Made by a program: the position numbers and the translations under genes. From assembly GCF_035285525.1 (NCBI RefSeq), contig NZ_JAYKGW010000235.1, positions 1 through 32,000 on the forward strand: a stretch of DNA of 32,000 nt, given 5' to 3'. This DNA is from Okeania sp. Lineage in GTDB: Bacteria; Cyanobacteriota; Cyanobacteriia; Cyanobacteriales; Microcoleaceae. Below are positions 25,548 to 32,000 of this stretch, piece after piece. The notes beneath the pieces were generated by a model. The model made no database searches, had not been told where the DNA came from, and saw only the letters and a program-made list of their open reading frames with translations. The stretch's first letter is position 1; each line of letters begins with the position of its first letter.

Positions 25548-28406
25548 ATGATGTGGTATCAATATAATATCCAAGAAGAAGTACAAACTTATCTTAAGAC
25601 ATTTGTCTATCCGTACACAGGCTTTCTAACCAAGTCTTTACTCAGACCTAAAATTATAGCAATTTTTGAAGCCAGTTTAATCGGAATAACTTCAGGGTTA
25701 GCTGCCGTTGCTCTCAAAGAAGGTGTCGGATGGCTAGGTAGCTGGCGAGTAGCAGCATCCCTAAAACTTCCCCCTTGGTTATTACTACCTATTTTTGGCT
25801 TAGTTGGAGGATTTGTCACGGGTGCATTAGTAAAAAATTTAGCTCCAGAAACTGCGGGAAGTGGAGTACCACAAGTAAAAGCAGCACTAGCAGGTATGCG
25901 AGTCCCCTTAAACTTCCAGATCGCTATTGTCAAAATGCTGACAACCATTCTGACAGTTGGTTCTGGATTAACACTAGGAAGACAAGGCCCAACTGTACAA
26001 ATAGGTGCATCTTTGGCAGCTTGGATTAGTCGTTGGCTGCCCACTTCTCCCAGGTATCGTCATCAGTTAATCGCTTGTGGTGCTGCTGCTGGATTAGCTG
26101 CTGGGTTCAATGCTCCTATTGCTGGAGTGTTATTTGTTGTGGAAGAACTGATGCACGATATTTCTGGTATTACCTTGGGTCCAGCAATTATCGCTTCTTT
26201 TCTTGGTGCAGTTGTTCCCCAAATGCTAGGGGGAAAAAGTTCCTACTACAGCAGTTATCAGCTAGATACATCAGTTACCGGATTTTTAGATTTGAAAGAA
26301 ATTCCTGTCTACATAATTTTGGGACTGTTAGCAGGGTTACTAGGAGCATTATTTAGTCGGGGAATTATTAAAATTTCAAGATTTAATCAGCGTCAACTGA
26401 AATTAGAATTACCTTGGCGAATAGCTATTACTGGATTAATTAGTGGTCTAGTAATTGCATTTTTACCAGAGTCATTTCACAATTATACAGGTTTGAGACA
26501 ATTATTAGGTACTGAGGAAGCTGACTTGAAAGTGAGTTTTATTGCTTTTACAGCCCACTTTATCTTAACGATACTGGCAGCAGGTTCAGGTGCCCCCGGT
26601 GGATTATTTGCACCATCATTAGTTATTGGTTCTGCTTTAGGTCATATAGTTGGCATTTTGCAAAATAATTTAGTTGGTGTTGAACAACCAACTGTTTTTG
26701 CTCTCGCTGGAATGGGGGCATTTTTTTGCGCGGTATCAAGAGCGCCGATCACAGCAGTAGTAATTATTTTTGAACAGACACAAGAGTTTCGGTTAGTCTT
26801 ACCGCTGATGATTGTTTCTATTGTAGCTTTATTGATGGCAGAAAAGATAGATAAGAAATCTTTGTCTGACCAAATTTTAGATTTAAAAGGTCTACAAATA
26901 AACAAACCAATGTCAGCAAATGATTATTTAAGTTACATTCTTGCCGATAAAGTGATGCACACTCCTGTAGAAACCCTAGATTATAATTTAACTTTAAATG
27001 AAGTGAAGCAGAAATTTTCTAATTCTCACCATCGAGGTTTTCCTGTAGTTGATAATCAAGGTTTGCTGATTGGTATCGTTACTCAGACAGATTTAGCCAA
27101 CACTCGAAAACGTCAACTTCCAGGGAATAGTATTTTAAAAGATTTTATGACACCCCATCCAATGACTGTTAAGACTACAGATAATTTGAGTGAAATTTTA
27201 AACCTTTTACATAGATACAAAATTAGTCGTTTACCTGTGATGGAAGGTCGTCATCTGGTGGGAATTATTACTGATACTGATATTATTAAAATAGAATCAG
27301 AACAATTAACTGACAATATAAATTTAAGAACTAATCTTTCTGTACCATCTTATGTAGTTTATCAAACTCAATCCCCTCAAGTTGGTAATGGTAGGTTATT
27401 AGTACCTTTGAGTAATCCTCGCACTGCTCCTGCATTATTAAAATTGGCTACTGTTATTGCTCGACAGCGCAATTATGAATTAGAATGTTTGCAAGTTGTC
27501 ATTGTACCTCGTCAAAAATCTCCTGCTGAAACCGTTGTCGATACAACTGAGAGTCGCCGTTTGTTGGCAATGGCAGAACGTATAGCTAAAGATTGGCAAA
27601 TTCCTATCCACACTCAAGTGCGCGTTAGTCACGATACTGCGGATGCTATTTTGGAAACTGTGAAAGAGAGACATATATCTTTAATATTGATGGGTTGGAA
27701 GAGCGAGCTTGCTCCTGGTCGTATTTTTGGCAGTATTGTGGATACTCTGATGCAAAAAGCTACCTGTGAGGTGGTAGTAATTAAGTGGGGTTCGATAAAA
27801 TTGAGATATGGAGAAAAGGGTATTACTGATTTTGGCTATGATTTGTATTTGTTAGCGATCGCTAAGCTTTTAAATGACCAATACTTAAGATTATTTAGTG
27901 TTTATTTTTGCTGGCTCCAGCAACGCCAAGAAAAGTTAGCAAGTGTTGCCAATGAAAAATTTCATCCTGATTATTCGTACTCATTTTTAGGATGGCGAAA
28001 ATGGTTAGTACCTCTCAGAGATATTTCTACTCAAGCAGCAGCAGTCAAACTTTTGCCTGCTTTGGTTTCTTTGAGTGTGAAGCCAGAAATTATTCTATGT
28101 CAAGTTTCCAAGCAAGTTGGTACTGCTCCTGATATTTACGAAATGAACGAAGCTGCTAGAATGCTGCAAAATAGGCTAAATACAGAGGTGACGACTACTT
28201 CAGTATGTTCTAACTTTGTCGCAGATGCTGTGATTGATTTGGCTAATGCTCATCACTCTGATGTGGTGGTTATTGGTGCTAGCAAACAAGGGTTTTTGAA
28301 GCAGATGATGAATGGTAATATTCCGGAAGCGATCGCTCGTGGTTCTAATTCTACTGTAATTTTAGTCCGAGCTGCAATTAATTATGCGATCTCCTCAAAT
28401 AGTTAG
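25548..28406 (+). CDS. ClC-family chloride channel/transporter fused to 2 CBS and 2 USP-like domains
   Basis: 952 aa. ClC motifs GSGVPQ, GRQGPTVQIG, GGLFAPS and VVEEL. Two CBS repeats (GFPVVDNQGLLIGIVTQTDL and RLPVMEGRHLVGIITDTDI). Two USP-like modules (RLLVPLSNP..., KWLVPLRD...VVVIGASKQG). Confidence 0.88.
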   Translation: MMWYQYNIQEEVQTYLKTFVYPYTGFLTKSLLRPKIIAIFEASLIGITSGLAAVALKEGVGWLGSWRVAASLKLPPWLLLPIFGLVGGFVTGALVKNLAPETAGSGVPQVKAALAGMRVPLNFQIAIVKMLTTILTVGSGLTLGRQGPTVQIGASLAAWISRWLPTSPRYRHQLIACGAAAGLAAGFNAPIAGVLFVVEELMHDISGITLGPAIIASFLGAVVPQMLGGKSSYYSSYQLDTSVTGFLDLKEIPVYIILGLLAGLLGALFSRGIIKISRFNQRQLKLELPWRIAITGLISGLVIAFLPESFHNYTGLRQLLGTEEADLKVSFIAFTAHFILTILAAGSGAPGGLFAPSLVIGSALGHIVGILQNNLVGVEQPTVFALAGMGAFFCAVSRAPITAVVIIFEQTQEFRLVLPLMIVSIVALLMAEKIDKKSLSDQILDLKGLQINKPMSANDYLSYILADKVMHTPVETLDYNLTLNEVKQKFSNSHHRGFPVVDNQGLLIGIVTQTDLANTRKRQLPGNSILKDFMTPHPMTVKTTDNLSEILNLLHRYKISRLPVMEGRHLVGIITDTDIIKIESEQLTDNINLRTNLSVPSYVVYQTQSPQVGNGRLLVPLSNPRTAPALLKLATVIARQRNYELECLQVVIVPRQKSPAETVVDTTESRRLLAMAERIAKDWQIPIHTQVRVSHDTADAILETVKERHISLILMGWKSELAPGRIFGSIVDTLMQKATCEVVVIKWGSIKLRYGEKGITDFGYDLYLLAIAKLLNDQYLRLFSVYFCWLQQRQEKLASVANEKFHPDYSYSFLGWRKWLVPLRDISTQAAAVKLLPALVSLSVKPEIILCQVSKQVGTAPDIYEMNEAARMLQNRLNTEVTTTSVCSNFVADAVIDLANAHHSDVVVIGASKQGFLKQMMNGNIPEAIARGSNSTVILVRAAINYAISSNS

Positions 28407-28490
28407 GGTTGGCGCTTCTTCAGTCTTTTTTAAGGGTAGGGACGTTGCACCGACAAAAATGCGTTTTCCTTAGGGAATGCTCTGCTTTCC

Positions 28491-28519
28491 ATGTCGCCGA
28501 GCGATACGCTCGGCGACAT
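28491..28519. repeat. GC-rich perfect hairpin (13-bp stem, 3-nt loop)
   Basis: ATGTCGCCGAGCG-ATA-CGCTCGGCGACAT, located between the convergent ClC and argJ genes. Confidence 0.9.
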
Positions 28520-28837
28520 AAAAAGCGTACTTCTACTCTATAGAACCCCTAACCGTATCTTGACAAAGCTGTGTTTTTTTGCCTAAGTCAGGAGTCAACC
28601 CACCCCTAACCCCTCCCAGGAGGGGAAATAGGGAAAAAGCTAGCTAGAGTTAGAGCCTTAGATTCACCATCTCCCGATCTCCCGATCTCTCCATTTCCCC
28701 AACTAATTTTGGAGACCCGTTGAGGGGTTCTATATGTATTGCCTTTGCGTATCAATAACCACTTCTTCTACAACTCCAGGTTTCTCCTAACTCTTAACTA
28801 CTCCCTACCCTAATCATCAGACTTTTGAGCGCCAACC

Positions 28838-30079
28838 CTAAGTAGTATACTCAGCGTTAATTTTTACATAGTCATAACTAAGGTCACATCCCCAAGCTTT
28901 TCCACTACCAATACCATCTCCAACTTTTATAGAAATTAACACAGTATCATCTTTGAGATATTCTCCTGCTGCCCTCTGTTTTAGATATTCACTAGCAGCA
29001 GGGCGGTCAAAATCTAAAGGTTGACCGTTCTCCATGAGCAAAAAGTCTCCCAACTTTACCTGTAACTTTTCCTGTTCAAACTTGACTCCAGCGCGACCTG
29101 CTGCTGCTGCTATTCTTCCCCAGTTAGGATCGCGACCAAAAATAGCTGATTTGACGAGAGAAGACCCGGCAATAGTTTTGGCAATTTGATTAGCAGATGC
29201 TTCATCAGAAGTTCCAGTAACTTGAACCTCTATCAAACAAGTCGCTCCCTCTCCATCACGAGCGATCGCTTTGGCTAAATAAATACAAACTTCTGTTAAC
29301 ATTGCCTCCAACTTTTCTGCTTCTGCTCCCATATTCGTAATCGCAGATGTGCGAGACTGACCGTTGGCTAGAGCAATGACTGTATCGTTGGTACTGGTAT
29401 CTCCATCAACAGTAATTTGATTGAAACTGCGATTAACTGCTCTGGTTAACATTTCTTGCCATAATGGAGGAGAAACTGCTGCATCACAGGTAACAAATGA
29501 TAACATTGTTGCCATATTCGGATGAATCATTCCCGAACCTTTCGCAATACCACCAATACGAACTGGGCGATCGCCTACCATAGTTTCTAAAGCGATTGAT
29601 TTTGTAACTAAATCTGTAGTGATAATAGCTTTAGCTGCTGCTTCCCCACCTTCTGGAGAAACTGTAGAAAGTAAATTGGGAATGGCTGCTTTGAGAGCAT
29701 CCATTTTAATTCGTTTGCCAATAACTCCGGTGGAAGCTAGTAAAATCGAGTCTGGGGAAATATTGAGTGCTTTACCTAATTCTGCTGCACTTTCCACAGC
29801 ATCTTGCCAACCTAAATCTCCTGTAGCAGCATTTGCTTGTCCAGCATTACATAAAATTGCTTTAGCGCTTGGTTTCTCTTCTAAACGCTGGCGACAATAA
29901 TCGACACAAGCTGCTCTGACTTGACTTGTGGTAAATACTCCCGCAGCGATCGCATCTACGTCGGACAAAATCAGAGCTAAGTCTGCTGCCCCAGAAGGCT
30001 TTAACCCTGCAATTATTCCTGTTGCCTGATATCCCTTGGGAGCTGTTACTCCACCAGTTATTACTTGCCAGTCTGACAT
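28838..30079 (-). CDS. argJ: Bifunctional glutamate N-acetyltransferase / amino-acid acetyltransferase
   Basis: 413 aa. Autoprocessing site PNMATMLSF, plus [10 protein letters not shown] and [15 protein letters not shown]. Confidence 0.95.
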   Translation of the reverse strand: MSDWQVITGGVTAPKGYQATGIIAGLKPSGAADLALILSDVDAIAAGVFTTSQVRAACVDYCRQRLEEKPSAKAILCNAGQANAATGDLGWQDAVESAAELGKALNISPDSILLASTGVIGKRIKMDALKAAIPNLLSTVSPEGGEAAAKAIITTDLVTKSIALETMVGDRPVRIGGIAKGSGMIHPNMATMLSFVTCDAAVSPPLWQEMLTRAVNRSFNQITVDGDTSTNDTVIALANGQSRTSAITNMGAEAEKLEAMLTEVCIYLAKAIARDGEGATCLIEVQVTGTSDEASANQIAKTIAGSSLVKSAIFGRDPNWGRIAAAAGRAGVKFEQEKLQVKLGDFLLMENGQPLDFDRPAASEYLKQRAAGEYLKDDTVLISIKVGDGIGSGKAWGCDLSYDYVKINAEYTT

Positions 30080-30170
30080 TTTTCTTTCCTTATATTGGAT
30101 AATTGTGACTGATTATACTAATGACTTAAAAGATAGCCGTTTAAATTTCATTAAAAATTTAGTATTACAC

Positions 30171-30617
30171 TTATTTTGGCAGCCAATCTTCATCCAATAT
30201 TTGTTCCAGAGAATAAGGGTTAATTTCTCGTAATTGAAGTTCTGATTTAACTTGAGCAATTTTTCTAGCTTTGCCATAAAGATAGTCAAGTCGTTCAGCT
30301 AAATAATTGCGTAAATTTGTTGTGAGTTTGTATTCTAACTGAGTCCGAAAAGTTAAAATTTTTCCACGCCAATGCCTGGAGTTATTAGCTCTTTCTGCTG
30401 ACCAATATTGATAAAGTAGTAAATGTTGAATAATTAAAGTCACGAAACTTTCTACAGCACTTTTTTCACTTCTACCCAATCCTTCTAACTCCTCAATTAA
30501 ATTATCATAATCTAGGTTTTCTAATTGACGATTATTTAGTAGTTTAATTATTTCTTCTAACCACAGGAAATAATCTACTTCATACAGTAATTTTAGATCG
30601 GTAATTTGATGAATCAT
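30171..30617 (-). CDS. DUF29-domain protein
   Basis: 148 aa. LYEVDYFLWLEE....L..RQ...LDYDNLIEELEGLGRSEK and RHWRGKI are typical of the cyanobacterial DUF29 family. Confidence 0.8.
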   Translation of the reverse strand: MIHQITDLKLLYEVDYFLWLEEIIKLLNNRQLENLDYDNLIEELEGLGRSEKSAVESFVTLIIQHLLLYQYWSAERANNSRHWRGKILTFRTQLEYKLTTNLRNYLAERLDYLYGKARKIAQVKSELQLREINPYSLEQILDEDWLPK

Positions 30618-30928
30618 GTTGTATATCTATTTGTGTTGTGAACAAGTTAACGATCACTTGTCTTAACATTAGTAACTTTTCGCTGGCTATTCTAATGCAC
30701 CATTTTAGATGAAACGATCCACTACTGAACTACTTTACGCCATGTGCAACTTTTCCTGACTTACTAAATTTAAGGAGTTATTAAAATAGCCTTTTCAACT
30801 TTATGGCGGTTGTTGTATTTTCGTAGAAAGTTGCACACCGCGTTACTTTAAGTGTTATCAGCCTTTTCCCATAATACTTTCAGTATACTCTCCCATTCTA
30901 AATTCTAAATTTTAAATTCTACAGGACT

Positions 30929-31194
30929 TAGGGCGTGTCATCAATTAAATAAGTTGACAAAAAGGCTATTCTCTGTTAAGTAAAAATGGCGATCAGGGTT
31001 GGGTAGGTTCAAAGATAGCTCGCGCATACCTGAAATTGTGCGGTAGGTAGGGGCGGGTTTCTCAGTTAAATGAACGATTGTCACAGTTAGTTAGATAAAC
31101 CCGCCCCCCCAATGATGTAATGAACAACTTTAGCTTTGTCAGTCTACTACTTTTGTTGATAAAGCTTCTAACATCTAATTGATGACACACCCTA
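30929..31194 (-). mobile_element. MITE, family 1, copy 2 (inverted relative to 17067-17326), nested in a short GGACTTA-ended element
   Basis: TA|GGGCGTGTCATCAATTAAAT ... CTAATTGATGACACACCC|TA, with the same internal GGGGCGGGTTT/AAACCCGCCCC stem. The outer flanks CAGGACTTA (30922-30930) and GCGTAAGTCCTG (31222-31233) are themselves inverted repeats. Confidence 0.85.
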
Positions 31195-31243
31195 AGCAAA
31201 TGTACTATATCTAGGGTTGTTGCGTAAGTCCTGTATTTTTGAC

Positions 31244-32000
31244 TTAAGAAATTGGCCGATAAACTCGATAGTCAATTTCTGGAAAAATATTGTCGATCGC
31301 TTCAATTTTTTCCAACCAACCAGAGTCAATCTTTCCTTCTAAAATATCTTCATACAGCTTATTAAAACGCATTAAATGCGATCGCGTCCTCCGCACAGCA
31401 TAAGGAACCATAGTACCCGTACTCATAATAAACGCCCAGTCAGAAGATTGAGCCAGTAATAATTCTCGACTGGCCTGATTTAGGGCCTTTAGTACCAATT
31501 CATCCTGTGCTTCGTATCGCGCCAATTCAACCATCCTTTCTGCGGCCTGATGCAAATGAGGATAAATCCAAGAATTAGTATGATTGAGCCAATATTCATG
31601 GAAACCCTTATATCCCCAACTCGACTGTGCTGGAAGACAAACTTGATGTTCAGGATGTTTCTGTAAATAATCTGCTAAATGAATCATTCGATAACTGCTC
31701 TGGTCATACCAAGTTTTACGGAATAGGATATCCAAAAACCAAGGTCCTTCATACCACCAGTGACCAAACAACTCAGCATCGTAGGGAGAAACAATTATTG
31801 GCAACCTCTCCATAATATGGTATAGATGCTCGACCTGCCGTTGCCGATTAAACATAAAATTACCAGCGTGTTCTGCTGCTTTTTCTCTTGCCCAGTATGG
31901 GTCATAAAGTTGTTTATCTGCTAACCCTAGATCCCGACCTGTAATTTTATGATATTTAATCCCTGTATTTTTGCGCTGGCCATTCGGCATAATATAAGGC
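31244..32000 (-). CDS. Glycoside hydrolase family 57 protein (alpha-glucan branching-enzyme-like), C-terminal part; the gene continues past the window end
   Basis: YDAELFGHWWYEGPWFLD and SSDWAFIMSTG are typical of GH57/DUF1957. The frame stays open upstream of the listed Met to position 32000. Confidence 0.8.
   Translation of the reverse strand, partial: PYIMPNGQRKNTGIKYHKITGRDLGLADKQLYDPYWAREKAAEHAGNFMFNRQRQVEHLYHIMERLPIIVSPYDAELFGHWWYEGPWFLDILFRKTWYDQSSYRMIHLADYLQKHPEHQVCLPAQSSWGYKGFHEYWLNHTNSWIYPHLHQAAERMVELARYEAQDELVLKALNQASRELLLAQSSDWAFIMSTGTMVPYAVRRTRSHLMRFNKLYEDILEGKIDSGWLEKIEAIDNIFPEIDYRVYRPIS

Noticed and set aside
25607-26905. ORFs 25607-26044(-), 25775-26029(+), 26033-26356(+) and 26642-26905(-) inside the ClC gene
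   Set aside because: They overlap a strongly supported 952-aa CDS, have odd composition (Cys/Trp/Arg-rich) and are off-frame artefacts. The same applies to 1076-1312, 1854-2057, 3065-3280, 5534-5734, 6526-6723, 6646-6843, 13301-13528, 14116-14340, 15483-15879, 23959-24141, 27480-27674, 29619-29900, 30036-30233 and 31627-31815.
28491-28519. Bidirectional intrinsic terminator between ClC and argJ
   Set aside because: The strong hairpin is followed by an A-run on the plus strand, and the T-run precedes it on the minus strand. This is the wrong polarity for both genes, so it is treated as a palindromic repeat.
1-32000. tRNA, rRNA, RNase P, tmRNA or 6S genes
   Set aside because: No T-loop (GGTTCGAATCC-type) or other signature motifs were spotted by eye in the spacers. 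A tRNAscan/Infernal run is needed to exclude them formally.

Overview
Chromosomal segment of a filamentous, Nostocales-type cyanobacterium. Supporting signs are low GC, frequent HIP1 GCGATCGC sites, heptamer and nonamer short tandem repeats at gene borders, and cyanobacterial genes (thf1, ndhS, short hfq, ComFB, DUF29, GH57). All calls rest on reading the supplied translations and DNA by eye; no database search was possible. Most of the window is housekeeping. On the minus strand: apbC, ndhS, a 221-aa hypothetical, rpsB, tsf, a 338-aa hypothetical, recG and a four-helix-bundle gene. Further along: hemF, a STAS antagonist, thf1, ComFB, an M23 peptidase, hfq, dapF, feoAB, a ClC-CBS-USP channel, argJ, DUF29 and a GH57 fragment. 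Spacers are unusually long and ORF-free (up to 1.4 kb) and are packed with dispersed hairpin repeats and TA-flanked MITEs. The only clearly accessory patch is about 19.1-22.7 kb. It holds a MITE-like element, an orphan RecB/NucS-like PD-(D/E)xK nuclease-domain protein, and a 125-bp promoter-region duplication. It also holds a complete Hanks-type Ser/Thr kinase whose single frame is broken only by three TGA codons, followed by a small ORF with one in-frame TAG. Other points worth follow-up are listed here. (1) A four-helix-bundle (23S-IVS/Avd-like) gene lies between two inverted nonamer arrays. (2) A roughly 3.8-copy, 136-bp tandem array sits between ndhS and the next gene and could be an sRNA array. 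(3) The ClC channel carries Gln at the gating-glutamate position. (4) The feoA-feoB spacer has been remodelled by a duplication plus a MITE.
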